DNA of 64,000 nucleotides, taken from Camelus ferus (taxonomy: Eukaryota). Below are positions 35,143 to 49,559 of the stretch, piece after piece. The notes below the pieces were generated by a model. That model saw nothing but the letters and a program-made list of their open reading frames with translations. It was not told the DNA's origin and searched no databases. Where the stretch lies: contig NC_045696.1 of assembly GCF_009834535.1 (NCBI RefSeq), positions 94,366,001 through 94,430,000 of the forward strand, read 5' to 3'. The translations under genes and the position numbers were made by a program. How positions within the stretch are numbered: position 1 is the stretch's first letter; each line of letters begins with the position of its first letter.

Positions 35143-36719
35143 TCTGTCAAAGTATACATCTAGTGGCATTTCTCTGCTTCCCTTATTCATCTTCACTTGT
35201 AGTAAATCCATCTACCCTTTGATGGTGTCAACTCATGCCACAGTCATCTGGGAATATGATTGACTTAATGATGTAATTCTTGGAATAAAATTCAAAACTT
35301 CTGTCTGACTTTCCCTGTAACCTCTGAAATTTTTTCCATGGTGGAAGCAGAATGCCGTATTTCCACTGAGAAATAAGAACCAAAAAACCCTGATAAGTAT
35401 TCTTGAAATATGTGCTCTGTTTAAACACAGTTGTACACTGAAGCTAATCATTAGTATCAGCACCTTTGGAAAAATTCAGATATACTGTCTCGGGGGGGAG
35501 GAGGGGGAAGCCCACTTTATCAACTAATCTCTGGAATTCAGATAGCTAAATAATTACAGAGTCACAATTCAGGCCTTTACTCTCCCACTTACCATCTGCT
35601 TCCTTGAGGCTATATTCTAAGTAATTGAATCAAGAGATGAAAAACATGAACTCAACATAGATCAAGCTGACTCGAAGCAGGATGCACTGCAGTATTATTA
35701 TATTCAAGGGCAAAAGTAAATCTGTACCCTTCACATTTCTATAAACTTGAATATTTTGATGGAGTTATTACTGCAAAGCCTTTGTGTGCTAAAACACTGA
35801 GGCTTGAGGTGCTATTCAGAGCAGAGATCATAAAAATTTCAAAATCTAAATTGGTTAGCTAATCTAAATCCTGTCTGTGTCATCCGATGAACGTGGCAGT
35901 TGGAGTTACAGCACGTACGGCTGACAAATTCAGATGTGTATTTACCACAAAAGGCTTGCGTGGGCAGGCACTTTGCTGGATTTTAAGACGTGAGGATTGG
36001 AAAGTATTTGAGCACATGAAAAGTAAATGTTATAGTATATTTATAATACTTAACAAGTACTTGATTTCTGAAACAGAATTAAAGATGCTACTTAGAAGTG
36101 AATATAACAAGAGAACATTTTGGAAAAATCAAATAACACAGATTCATCTTTTGAGAATCCGATATTCTGCTCCCTTTTATTCTTCATTTCTCCTGAACAG
36201 TCTTTAATGAAGGCATTTTTTTCCTTTGAAATAAAGGCAGCAGCTTCTTTATATTTGCCCTGTGACTTGGAATTTGTTTTTTATGATCTGTTTCTGTTAA
36301 ATTATCCAGCCTTTTTTTTTTTAAGTGAAGCACAGAAATCTGTAACTAAAAATTAAATGCTGAACTGAAGATATCTCTTGTTCATAAGAGGGAAAAAGTA
36401 TTCTTTCTTCTGCCTATATTGATGCCAGGTGAAGTGTAAAGAAAATCTCAGTTGCTAAATTATTCTAGAAATTCTCTCACATGGAAGGTTTAACTGTGGT
36501 TATTTCACTAATATAGCAAGATTTAGTTTGTTACAGTTATTTATGGATTTCATTTGTATTATAAATGTCTCTGTTATATATTAAAAGGAAAGGAATGCTT
36601 TAAAAGACCAGCAGTCTTTAAAACCTTATGTATAATCAGTTTTCATTTGTACAGCTCTCTACTTACTTGATGACTACTTCTCTGATTTAACTAAGGTAAA
36701 GTCTAATGATGACTGATAG

Positions 36720-38990
36720 GACATACTTTTAACTTCCTCCTCTCATAATAAGAAAGGATATCTACAAAAAACCTGTAGCAAATATCACACTTAATAGAGA
36801 AGCTTTTGATTCACTACTGTTAAGAAGAAGAGGAGATGGCTGCTAGGAACATTATTTAATATTGTCCTAAAGGTCAAAGACAATGCAATAGCCCAGGGAA
36901 AACAAATAAGAAATACAAGAAATGGAAAGTTTATCCAGTAGGATTAGTTTCAGCTGCACATACAGAAAACTCATAAAGAACAATACCTTAAAAAAGAATT
37001 TCTCTCACTTTAAAAACAAAAGAAAACAAAAAAGAGACAAGCAATCAGGACTGGTGTTGCAGCTCCCCAGTGGTCAGGTATCCAGACTCCCATCTTGTTG
37101 CACCACCAACTTTTTAGGTTGCCTTGTAATCCAAGGTGATTGCTCAAGTCCCAGACATTGTATTTGCATTCCAGGCAGCAGGAAGGAAGAAGTGGAGAAG
37201 AAAAACTCACTTATTCCCGTTTTAAGGAGCCTTATGGGAAGTCCCACACAATGCTTTGCTTAAATCTCACTGGCCAGAATGAAGTCACATGGTCACATCT
37301 AGTTGCAAAATTGTCTGGGAAATGTAGTCTCTTAGAAGAGTGGCAGTGTGCCCAGCTGAAAATTGTCCTTTGGGTTAGAGAGCAAGAAATTTCTGCCAGG
37401 GAAAGGGAGCAGAAATGTTCCATTCCTTCCAGATATTATGATTGTCTACAGAGAACCGCAAAGGCACTGTGATACACACTTTTAAAACTAAAACTTTATC
37501 AAGGTTGTTATATATAGGATCAACATGGGCTCAATTGCTATATAAGCAAATAGATTAGTAGAAATAAAGATACTGTTAAGTCAAACTACATGTAGAAGTG
37601 ACTTGAAATATATAATAATTTATGGAAAATTATAAACAGTATTGAAGGATAAAAAGTCTAAAAATAGTGATATGACATTTTCATGACTAAGAAAATTTAC
37701 CATTATAAGGAAATTTATTTCACTCAATTCACCTAAAAATTTTAAACAAATCCAGTAAAAGTCTCAGTGTCTCCAGTGTTTCATGGAGACTGACAAACAG
37801 ATTTTAAAAATTCATTTGGGACAATGAATGGCAAAGAATATTCGAGAAAAAATTGAAGAAAATTTAAAGTGGGATTGAATACCAAGGTTTATTATGATAT
37901 TAAAACTTTGTATAAGTTCTATATTGAATCAGTGGTGGAGAGTAGCCCAGAAACAGAACTTTACATACATTTAATCTTGGTATATAACACAGTTAACGTT
38001 ACAAATAAATCAGCGATTGATGCTGAGGCAAATGATTATCCAAACAGAAAAAGTAAAACTATACCTCACACTATATACAAAACCAATTATGAATGGATTA
38101 AACACGTATTAATTCTTAAATGACATACACAGAGCATTGACTACGAAGAAAAACATAACTGGACTGCAGTTTTAAAACTTAGATATGAAAAAAAATCAGT
38201 GTTAAAAGGTAAATGTCCTCTCTATTGTGTATGATGTACATAAGTCACAGCCCAGGTTTTTACTATAAAGAACTATGAATCTATAAGAAAATGGCTATTA
38301 AACCAGTAGAAAAAAGCACTTGAAGGGAGGTTGTAAACAATTTGCCAAAAAGAATCCTATGAAAAAATGCTTTCTTCCACTACTAATCAAGAAAAGGCAA
38401 ATTACACAATGTGTTAGCATTTCAAACCCATCAGAATTTGGCCAAAATGCATATAGTTTTGATTGTTCATAAGGCTCTGTAGGAAAAGGAAGATTTATAT
38501 ACTGCTGTTGACAGCATAGCTTTGTGCAAACATTTTGAATGGTACTCTGACAATATCTAATAAAGGTGAAGGTGAGCTTTTTCTACAACCTGCTTCTAGA
38601 TGTATACTCTGGAGACACATCCACATCTAAGCACATACTCTAGAGATAATCTTGTGTGTACATATGAAAATATGTGAAATGATAGATATAACAGAATTTT
38701 TGTTAATATCAACAAAATGGAAACATACTAGTGTCTATCATTGGAAGACCAGATAAACAAATGGTTGCATTTTCCATGTTTATGAAATCAAATACTTGGT
38801 AATTGTCAAAATGAGTAATAGAGCTGTAACATGTGGTCACATTAAATTTCAAAAACATTATTGATTGAAAATAAGCGGTAGAGTAGTACTTAGTATATAA
38901 ATGTACTATTTATAAATATATATAAAATAAATGTACTAAAGTTTAAAAAACATACACAGCTCTATACAGTTCATTTACACCCATAGTAAA
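36720..38990 (+). mobile_element. Ancient L1ME ORF2/3' region interrupted by a MaLR LTR
   Basis: aaacctgtagcaaatatcacacttaat, ccagatattatgattgtctacagaga, agcccagaaacaga, tacctcacactatatacaaaa. Confidence 0.75.
36930..37400 (-). mobile_element. MLT1J/K-like MaLR LTR
   Basis: ctcactggccagaatgaagtcacatggtcacatctagttgcaaaattgtctgggaaatgtagtct. Confidence 0.7.
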
Positions 38991-39519
38991 AATATGGAAT
39001 GTTCTAAAGTTGTATAGACCTCAGATTAGATTCCCACCTTTTCACATATTTATGTGACTTTAAACAAGTTACTTAATCTCTCTCATGCCAGTGTTTTCAT
39101 TTGTAAAGTGAAGTGGGGACCTATAGTTTAGATAAAATTATACAATGCTTAGCAGAGTCACCTGCTGGATAGCAAAACGGAGTGCTTGGTAGCTCTTGCA
39201 GTCGCTCCCTGCAACACATGCATTCAGGGACACTGTAGTACCCAGGGATGCTCTAGACTAGGTCCTAACTCAAAACTTCCATGGAGCTCTTCCAGCCAGT
39301 TTCAGAATGCTTCAAGCAAAGGCAAAAAGAGTAGACTTGTTTGAATATGCAAACCCAAGTAAATAAGGATTAATTAAAAGCCGTATTTTGGTATGTATAT
39401 CACATGATTACACAGCATAGTTTATCCCCTGCAAACATAACACTTTTGAAAGAAATTTGGCCATTTCATTTGGGGTAAGAGGAAAGGAAGGAGAATTTGT
39501 CCCAACTACTGAAGCTAAA

Positions 39520-39604
39520 AAAGGCCATACCTTCAAATCCAGTCACGTTGGAGGTTAGGGCGTCAACATTTGAATTTGGGAGGGACACGGTTCAATCCAT
39601 AACA
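39520..39604 (-). mobile_element. MLT1A/B LTR 5'-end fragment
   Basis: cagtcacgttggaggttagggcgtcaacatttgaatttgggagggacacggttcaatccataaca. Confidence 0.8.
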
Positions 39605-40795
39605 GATTATAAACTGAGCCAGGGTCTGTGAATGTTGTTGCACCCATTCTGTATGCCTGGTATCCTGCACATCATAGCTTAACTTCATTCCCTCTATTAG
39701 CCCCCTTTTAAGGAGAGGAAACTGGGACTCAGATTAATGAACTTGCTCAAAATCACATAGCTCCTCAGAGCTGGGAATCAAATGAAAGCCTGCCTGATTT
39801 TAGAAACCCCAAAAGAAATACTTCAATAAGCAGAAATTTTGCTCTGCTCCTGCTACAAATCTTCCACCAATAACAAGGTCATCAGTTTAAAGCTGCTGCT
39901 GATACTTGCTAAACCAAATAAATCTAGAGGTAAGATTAGTTCAGTAAGATCTCATACGGGTTAAAAACATCAAAAGTCTGTGAGAAATGACAGGTGCTCT
40001 TAAAATGGTTTGGCTAGAAACATATAAAGCTAGAGATAGTTCAGGGAAACAATGTGTAATAGGAAGGTTGTTTTTAAAGAAACACAGTTGAAAGAGGCAG
40101 GGATGAAAGTGCAAATGGGAAGTTGCCTGTGGGGCTCAGTAAGCAGAAGACATCCAGGCTGGAGGCTGAATCGATGTTTTACCTTGCAAAGCAAACACGG
40201 TGCTTTCTCTTGGGTGGAAAAGGTCAAGAGTGGACAGGAGTGGACAGGCAACTAGCATCTAGGGAGATGGAGCAAATGCAGCGTGGATCCTGATTTGCTC
40301 TGCAGGTAACACACCTACAGTTGTATTTCCCAGTGATTTCTCTGCTCCTGCCAAGAGCCTTGAGCCTTTCCACAGGCCTCTAAACCCAATAAAACAAAGT
40401 CAAACTCACAAGACTGCAAGCCTTTCTAGGGCAGGAATCATACCACTTGCTTTCTTTCTCTGAAGTCCACTTCAGTGCCAGGCATCTAGTATGCGCTCAG
40501 AATGACTGAGTGAATAAACAGGTCCCGAATCCAATTTACTATTTCATCTTCTAGGCTGCTTATTGTTCAGTGTAACAGTGGATCGGTCAGAAGCCTTATC
40601 GTCTCCGCAGCTGGGATACTCAAAGTGATTCTTAACTCCTTACTCTTTTCACACTTAGAGCTGATATCCTGTATCTTAAGCTTTCTCAAATCTTTCCTCT
40701 TCCTCCAATTCCCACTAATTCAAACCCTCTCCCCCACTCCCTCCCCCCAAAAAAGACTGCAATATGGTCATACATAATTTTTCAACCTCTATTCC

Positions 40796-41029
40796 TTTTT
40801 TTTAATCATGTAATAGTATTTATTTGATCAGATTTATTTCTTTTTTTAAACATTTTTTGAGTTATAAGTCATTTTACAATGTTATGTCAAATTCCAGTGT
40901 AGAGCACAATTTTTCAGTTGTACATGAACATACGTATTTTCATTGTCACATTTTTTTCGCTGTGAGGTACCACAAGATCTTGTATATATTTCCCTGTGCT
41001 ATACAATATAATCTTGTTTATCTATTCTA
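40796..41029 (-). mobile_element. Short young camelid L1 with 3' transduction
   Basis: Two T tracts (40796-40803 and 40833-40847) separated by unique sequence; L1 3'UTR follows; degenerate TSD ctctattc / ctgtattc. Confidence 0.8.
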
Positions 41030-41369
41030 CTGTATTCTCTTTATATTCATTCATTCTCCACAGTGATAGGAGGGATTTTTAATAAAAATCTTCAGTGACA
41101 GCTAGTGTCTAACAGATAAGACTCTTATTTCCAGCACAGCTGTATACCAGGCATGTTTGCATTCGCTCAGCACAATATACTGTTCCATAAAGCTTTGCAT
41201 TTGCATGTGCTGTTCCTGCTTCTCTACCGAGCAGACCATCTAGTCTTTAAAACTCAAAAGTAAATCCTTCTGTGAAGCCTTCTAATTTTCCAGACACATC
41301 CCTTTCTTGTCCTCACAACTGCTTTCTATATATTTCTTTTTCAGTGGTGATCACATTGTAAACTGGATA

Positions 41370-44300
41370 TTTTTTTCCTTTCACTTTTATTGAGATATAA
41401 TTGGCATACAGCACTGTGTGAGTTTAGGGTGTACAACATAATGACTTACATATATTGTGGGATGATTACCACAATAAGTTAATACCCATCATCTCATATA
41501 GATTAAAAAAGAAAAAAGAAAAACTATTTTTCCCTTGTGATGGGAAATTTTAGAATTCATTCTCTTAGCAACTTTCAAATATATCATATAGCAGTGTTAA
41601 CTGTCATCCTCATGTTGTACATTCCATCCTCCACACTTATGTATCCTGTAACTGGAAGTTTGTTCCTTTTGAACACCTTCATTCAATTCTCCTAACTGCT
41701 CCCCTCAACTCCTGCCTCTGGTAACAACTAGTCAGTTCTCTGTATCTGAGTTGATTTGTTTTTAGATTCCACATATATGTAAGATCACACAGTGATTTTC
41801 TTTCTCCGTTTGACTTAGTTCTCTTAACATAATGCCTTCAAGGTCCATCCATGTGGTTGCAAATGACAGGATTTCCTTTTTATGGCTGAATAATATTCCA
41901 TTGTGTGTATATATACCACATTTTCTTAATCCTTGTGTTGTTAATGGAGCCTTAGGTTATTTGCATGTCTTGGTTATTGTAAATAATGCTGCAGTGAATG
42001 TGTGAGTGCAGATCTTTCTTCAACATGATGATTTAATTTCCTTTGCATGTATACCCAGAAGTGGAATTGCTGGAGCATGTAGTAGTTCTAGTTTTAATTT
42101 TTTGAGAAATCTATGTACTATTTTCCATAGTGGCTGTACTGGTTTATAGTTCCACCAGCAGGGCAGAAAGATTCCCTTTTCCCTACATCCTCACCAGCAT
42201 TTGTAATCTCTTGTCTTTTTAAGAATAGCCATTCTAACAAGCATAACCTGGCATCTTATTGTGGTTTTCCATATCCCTAATGATTAGTGATGTTGAGCAC
42301 TTTTTCAGGTACCTGTTGGCCATTTGTATGTCTTTAGATAAATATCCACGTCCTTTGCCTGTTTTTTAGATTGGATTATTGTTTTTTTGCTACTGAGTTG
42401 TATGAGTTTTTAAAATATATTTTGAGGCTTAGCCCCTTATTAGATATATGATTTGCAGATATTTTCTTCCATTCTGTCAGTTGCCTTGCAGTTGTTGATC
42501 ATTTCTTTTGCTGTGCAGAACTATTTGGTCTGATGTAGTCCCACTTGCTTGTTTTTGATTTTGTTGCTTGTCCTTTAGGTGTCATCTCCAAAAAAATCGC
42601 TATGAAGACCCATGTCAAGGAATTTTTTTCCTATGTTTTCTTTTAGTAGTTTTACGGTTTTAGTTCTTACATTTAAGTCTTTCAACCATTTCAGGTTAAT
42701 TTTGTGCATGGTGTAAGATGTAGGTCTAGTTTCATTCTTTTATGTGAGTATCCAGTTTTCCCAGCACCATTTATTGAAGAAACTGTCTATTTTTCATTTG
42801 AGTGTTCATGATTCCCTGTCAAACACTAGTTGACCATATATGCATAGGTTTATTTCTAGATTCTCAATTTTAATCCTTTGGTTTATATCTCTTTCATTCC
42901 AGTATCATACTGTTTGGGTTAGTGTAGTGTTATAGTACAGCTTGAAATTAGGAAGTGTGATGCCTCCAGTTTATTCTTCTTTCTCAGGATTGCTTTGGCT
43001 ATTTGGAGTCTTTTGTGATTTCATATAAATTTTAGGCTAGTTTTTCCTATGTCTGTATAAAAAAATGCCATTGGAATTTTGATAGGGATTGCATTGAATT
43101 TATAGATGGCTTTTGGTGGTATAGACATTTTAACAATATTAATCCTTCCCATCCATGAGCACAGACTATTTTTCTACTTATTTGCATCTTTGATTTCTTT
43201 CATCAATGTCTTATAGTTACAGAGTAGAGCTCTTTCATCTCCTTGGTTAAATTTTTTCCTAAAAATTTTATTATTTTTGATGCTATTGTAAATGGAAACT
43301 TCTTTTTTTTCCCCCAGATCATTTGGTTAGTGTAAAGAAATTCTGCTGATTTTTGTATGTTAATTTTGTATCTTATAATTTTACTGAATGTGTTGATCAG
43401 ATCCAACTGTGTTAGTGGAGTCTTTAGGGTTTTCTGTGTATAAAATCATCTCATCTGCAAAGAGCCAATTTTACTCCTTCTTTTCCAATTCTGATGCCTT
43501 TCATTTCTTTTTCTTGCCTGATTGCTCTGTCTTGGACTTTCAGTGCTATGATGAATACAAGTGGTGAGATGGGCACACTTCTCTTGTGCCTGATTTTAGA
43601 GGGAAAGCTTTCAGCCTTTCACCACTGAGCATGATGTTAACTCTAGGCTTGTCATATATGGTTCTTATCATGCTAAGGTACATTCCTTCTGTGCCTAATT
43701 AGTTGAGAGTTTTTAATCATGAATGGATGTTGAATTTTGTTAAATGCTTTCCTGTGTCTACTGAGAAGATCATATAAATTTTTTCATTCTATTAATGTGA
43801 TGCATCACATTTATGAATTGGTGTGTGTTAAACCATCCTTGCATCCCTGGAATAAATCCCACTTGATTATGGTGAATGATCCTTTTAATATGCTACTGAA
43901 TTCAGTTCGCTAGTATTTTATTAAGAATTTTTGTATCTATGTTCTTCACGAATATTGGCCTCTAGTTTTATTTTCTTGTATTGTCCTTGTATGGCTTTGG
44001 TAGCAGGGTAATGCTAGCCTCATAAAAAAAAAAAACAAAAAACAAAAAAACCCAAACATTTAGAAGGTTCTCTCTTCTATTTTTTGGAAGAGTTTGAGAA
44101 AGTTTGATATTAATTCTTCTTTCAGTGTTTGGTAGAATTAACCAGTGAAGCCATTTGGTCCTGAATTTCTTCATTGGGAAGTTTTTCATTACTGATTCAA
44201 TCTCCCTATTAATAATTGGTCTATTCAAGTTTTAACATTTTTTCCTGATTCAATCTTGGTGGGTTATATGTTTCTAAGAATTTATCCATTTCTTCTAGCT

Positions 44301-44815
44301 TTTCCAGTTTGTTGGCATATCACTGTTTATAGTAGCCTCTTACGATCCTTTGTAATTCTGTGAGATCAATTGCACTGTCTCCTCTTCCATTTATAGTTTT
44401 GTTGATTGGAGTCTTCTCTCTTTTTGCCTTGGTGAGTCTACCTAAAGGTTTGTCAGTTTTATTTATCTTTTCACAGAACCAACTCTTAGTTTTGTTAATC
44501 TTTTCTATTGTTTTCCTGTCCATTTTATTTCTGCTCTAATTTTTATTATTTTCTTCCTTTTGCTAACTTTAAAATTAGTATTTCTTTTTCTAGTTCCTTG
44601 AGATATAAAGTTAGGTTGTTTATTTGCAATATTTCCAGTTCCTTGAGGAGTGGGTTTATAACTATATACTTATCTCTTAGAAATGCTTTTGCTGTATCCC
44701 ATAAGTTCTGGTATGCTATATTCCCATTTTTGTTTGTCTAAAGATAATTTTCCCCTGTAATTTGTTCTTTGAGTTATTGGTGGTTCAGGAAATGGCTATT
44801 TTTAATCGTTAGTAA
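41370..44815 (-). mobile_element. 3.4-kb L1 (L1MA9-like lineage), ORF2 + 3'UTR
   Basis: ORF track [49 protein letters not shown]. Confidence 0.92.
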
Positions 44816-44816
44816 C

Positions 44817-45268
44817 TGTGAGAGAGATTGGCATGGGAGCTTAAAGATAGACAGGTGGGAAGTATTCCTCTCAAATGAATACAGGTGGAATATGAATACT
44901 GATTTGAGCAACAGATTATGGCAGAAGGGACACTGTGCCAGTTTGGGGCCTGTTAAGGGAGTGGCAGCTTCTAGTTAGGTCCGTTGTACTTTGACCAGGA
45001 TGTTTGACTTTGCTGAGATCACTATGCTGTGAGAAAGTCCAAATGGACAGGTGTGTAAAGAGGCTCAGTAGAGAACTGAGGCCCAAGGTATGTGGCTGCA
45101 GCCGTCCCCTTATCTGAGCCACCCCAGCTGAGATCCAGACATAAGAAACCATTCCTAGTTAATCTTGTATTAATTGCTGACCCATAGAATCATGAGCTTA
45201 TAAAATGATGGTGATTTTATGCCACTAAATTTTTGGATATTCATACGCAGCAATAGATCATTACAACA
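44817..45268 (+). mobile_element. MLT1G/H-like MaLR LTR
   Basis: caacagattatggcagaagggacactgtgccag...ctgacccatagaatcatgag...cagcaatagatcattacaaca. Confidence 0.75.
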
Positions 45269-45269
45269 A

Positions 45270-46320
45270 CCTTCACTATCCATGGATATTTTCTTGGTTC
45301 TACTCCTGCTACATTAGGTGCTATAATCTCACATTATTTTCCTATTATCTAAATACCGAGGGCTCAGACCTCTAATCCTTGTCTATCTGCACTGATTCCT
45401 GGAGAAATTTCCTTCAGTCTTAAGGCTTTAAATTCCATCCTTACACTATGACTTCCTAATTTACATCTGTAGATCTTACAGTATACCCAGTGGCCTCCTT
45501 GGACATCTCCATTTTAATGTCTAAGAGACATGTCACATTTAGCACATTCAAACTTAAGTCTTGATCTCCTTCACCAACACAGCAACTCTCCTACTGTTTT
45601 CCACCTAGATATATGGTACCAAGAGTCAACGAGTTTCTCAAATGAACATCATATATGTTACCTTTGATTCCTCTTTTTATCCCACAACTCACTTCAGTCC
45701 ATCAGGAAGCACCGTTGACTCTACCTTAAAAATATATTCCATGCTGGGTGATGCTGTAAAACGTGGGTCACATCGTGTCATTTCCTGAAGTCAATCTTGC
45801 AAATGGCTTTTCTTCACACTTACAGCAAAATCTAAAACCCTTAGTATGACCCTGTATAACCTGGTTCCAGGTGACTTCTCCAACCTCACAGCCTTTCCCT
45901 TCCTTCCTTACTTTGTTCTAGCACGTTGGCCTTCTTCCTAGGGTCAGGCATCCCCAGCGGATCCCTGCCTCAGGGATGGAATTTTCCTTTTTCTTGTGTT
46001 TTCCCACAATTCACTTCTGAAATTCAGTCAGGTCTTGGTGAAAATGCCACATCCTCAGAATGTCCTCCTTGTCAGCCACAACTACAATAGGAACCCCTCT
46101 GCCCCGTCATTCTCTCTGAAAGTTGCTTTATTTTCCAGCATTACACTTTTCACCACCTGAAATGACATACCAGTGTTTATTTATTTATTTGATTACTCGT
46201 TTATTGCCAGTACCATTATTATGTAAACTCTTTGAAGATAGGTTCTTTATCTTGTTCACTACTGTATCCCCAGTCCTGGAACAGTGCCTGGGGACACTAC
46301 ATACTGATTGACTAAATAAA
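45270..46320 (+). mobile_element. L2a-like fragment
   Basis: ggctttaaattccatcc, ttggacatctccatt, ttcactactgtatccccagtcctggaacagtgcctgg. Confidence 0.8.
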
Positions 46321-47811
46321 CTCCTTGAGAGCAGAGACTAGGTTATTCATCTTTAAATTCTTCCACTCACAGCCTTGAATACTTCTTGACAAAAATTAGA
46401 TAGTCAAGGAATATTTATAAACATGTTGAAATCAAGTCTGGAAGTGATTCATAACAATTTCTGAAGCTGTCTTCTTTCAATTAAATTCTTTAATCAGGTC
46501 ATTTGGGAGAGCAAATACCATCATTTCTGGTAGCAAAGGTTCTGGTTTCCATCTTCTTAAGTGCCCAGCAATTCTGCATGTTCAACATTCCTATTGCTGA
46601 GGGGCTCCTTGGGTAAGGTTCACTTTGTTTTGGTAAGTGTGCAAAAATTGTGATATTTGACTATCTTTGATGTTTTTGTCATCATTTGGAAGATACACTG
46701 ACCATGCATAGAAGTATTCTGAGTGAATTGTTTCTTAGACTTTAGATGCAAATCTGAGTTATAACAGAACAACAGGGAAGAAGTGTTCTCTTGAGATGCA
46801 TTTTCAGGATCTCATTTAATTGGTAAGGCAAGGCCCATTTATATTCCTGACTACATAGCATGCTTGTGAAAAGGTATATTTTAAAAATCAAAAACCTGAA
46901 ATTCTCAAACATTAGTAGGGCCTCTACATGCCTCTTGAGCCATATGTATATTTTTAAACTTGATTTCTAGACAGAGAAATCTTCCTAGGGATTTCTTCGT
47001 ATTCTTGTATTCTGGGGGAGTTCATGACAGCCTTGTGCTATCAGGAACACAACAGCATGTTTGGATCATTACTCTTCACTGATAAAGTTGTCTTTCTTAA
47101 CCAACTCTACATCCCCTTTTGTATTTCAATTTTACTACAATATTAAACACTGAAGAAATGACAGTGCTAATTTTTCACCTACTTCTTTCATGTGCTTCCT
47201 TTATTTTACCAAATGAATTACTCAATAAATTTTGCGTATGGTTCATTAATCCTCAGTTGTGTGCCTTTATCTCCCCCCCCCCTTTAGAGGTAAAAATATG
47301 GTGTGCTGTATTTCTAAATAAAGCCCCCCCCCCTTTTGGTTGTTATTTTGCCTTTTCCCTGAGGTATAATTGGATTTTTCAGTCATATATCTCAAAATAT
47401 ATACCACCAACTGAGTTGGAAAAATGTAGCATTACAAAGTTTAAATGCAACAATTCTGTACATTCAAATAAAATATTACACTGAGATGTATTATCTTAGT
47501 CTGCCAAAAAGCCACTTTAGTGTTTCAGACAACAAATTGCTCATGGTACATTTTCTACTCCAACATCTTCCCGAACTGAAGAAAAATAAAAGGTACAATT
47601 TCGACTATCAGTAACGATTTGCTTCTTTTTATGGCACATTTCAGATTTTCTTTATGTGGGTGACTTAATTTCACAAAGTACGTTTTATCTTCGTGTCTAC
47701 ATGTACCTTACCTATCATGTTTCTGCAGTTATGAAAATGAACAGATGTCAAGCCTAAAAGCTCCTATTTTTGAATCCATGAATTATAGTGAATTATACCT
47801 TATTTCTTTGA

Positions 47812-48045
47812 AGCCGTGTTGTATAGTGTGAAGAGTAGGTATCTTGGGACCAGATTGTTCAGAATCTCATCTCTGCTCTGCCACCTCCTAGACTTGGATG
47901 AGTTACATAACCACCCTGTGCTTCAGTTTCCTCATCAGTAAAGTAGGCATGGTAATAGCACCAACCTCACGGGGATGAGTTGAGCTTTACTTGAAAAATA
48001 TGTGTAAAATACTGAGATTATGTACTCTGTAAGTAATAGCTAGTT
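47812..48045 (+). mobile_element. MIR SINE
   Basis: ccctgtgcttcagtttcctcatcagtaaagtagg core. Confidence 0.8.
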
Positions 48046-48199
48046 TTATGTCTAAAAAACTGTTTATCCAAAATAGAATATTTGTTAGATCCTTACTATA
48101 TATCAGCTATTGTACCTTGCACATGTCTGTGGTCATGACATACATGGTCTGCATACTTTGAATTTAAAAGCTGTATAAAAGGTACAAAGCCACTTACAC

Positions 48200-48915
48200 G
48201 AGCACTGCTCACCATCACCACTGCTACCATCCTCTTCCATTATCTCTTGCCTCCAAACTGGTGCCCACCCCATCCCCACCCTCTCTTCCTTTAGCCCTAC
48301 AGCCTATTCTCAATGCAGCAGACAGAGGAATGTTTTTAAAAGGTTAGTTTGATCATGTTACATCTCTACTGAAAACGCAGTGTGGCCCCTATGTCACACA
48401 GATCAATGCTGATTCCTTAGACTGGTTTGCTGTGATCTGCTAATTCCTCTCTGCTCTCCTGTGCTCCTGCACACCTTGCTTAGTCTGTCCCAGCCAGACT
48501 GGCATCCTCACTATGTCGCAATCCCAACCAGGCACGCTCCCAGCTCGGGGTCTTTGCACTAGCTATTCTCTCTTCCCGAGACCCTCTTCCTCTAGAAAGC
48601 CACATGACTAATGTCCTTACCTCCTCAAATTTTTACAAAAATACCACCTTCTTTATGAGGCCTACCCTGACTGCTCTATTTAAAATTGCAGTCTGCCTCC
48701 TGCCCCAATATTTTCAAACCCACTGAATATGCTCTATTTTCTCTCTTTTCCCATAGCACATACAACCTACCAGAATATTTATGATACCTTGGTTTTCTGT
48801 CCCCCCCCCCCCATCAGAATGTTAGCTCCAACACGGACAGGATTTGTTTTGTTAACTCATATATCCCAAGAATGCAGAGCAGTGCCTGACACTTAGCAGT
48901 ACTCAGTAAATACTT
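48200..48915 (+). mobile_element. L2a-like fragment
   Basis: gatcatgttacatctctactgaaaa...ggtctttgcactagctattc...gcagtgcctgacacttagcagtactcagtaaatacttg. Confidence 0.8.
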
Positions 48916-49000
48916 GTGCAAATCAAAATTTTCAACAAATATACTAGGTCAGAGTGTTTCAATTCAGTATGTTCTTTTTAAAATAAACAGCATTAGGGAA

Positions 49001-49018
49001 GAAAGAAAGAAAGAAAGA

Positions 49019-49056
<38 letters not shown>
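49001..49056. repeat. Compound microsatellite (GAAA)5(GCAA)9
   Basis: Direct reading. Confidence 0.95.
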
Positions 49057-49559
49057 CTTTACATTTATTCCGAAGTGTGTCATTATACAGAATAATATTA
49101 GGGTCTATTCATATTGATAGACTTTTTTAGTCATTTATGTTCTTTTGAGTATCTTTAAAGTTGGCAAGTATTGATCTTTATGGGATAATGTCATTCTTTG
49201 GAAACAATCAAAAGTGACTATATGGAAATGAATAAATTGGTCAAGACAGTATTTTCAGGAAGGAAGGAAGGAACTCAAATAATAAGACCAATTAACTTGA
49301 GACACTAGAGAGTTGGCAGTTTCAAAATACTCTGGTCAGTGAAGGAGAACACTGGTCCACATCCCAAAGATTACTTTGAATATTGACATTTATTTTGATA
49401 TAGAAGACTCATAAGTTTTAAAAATCTCAGTAAATTTTAGTTTTCCATACATAAAAACCAATAACATGATTCTATTATAGGGATTTACCAACTCAAAGTT
49501 CCCCCATGAGCTCAAAATAAACATTTTAAGGCTTACACATTTGGATCAGGGCCCAAGAA

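Noticed and set aside
48914..49117. ORF with KQAS repeats
   Set aside because: Translation of the (GAAA)(GCAA) microsatellite
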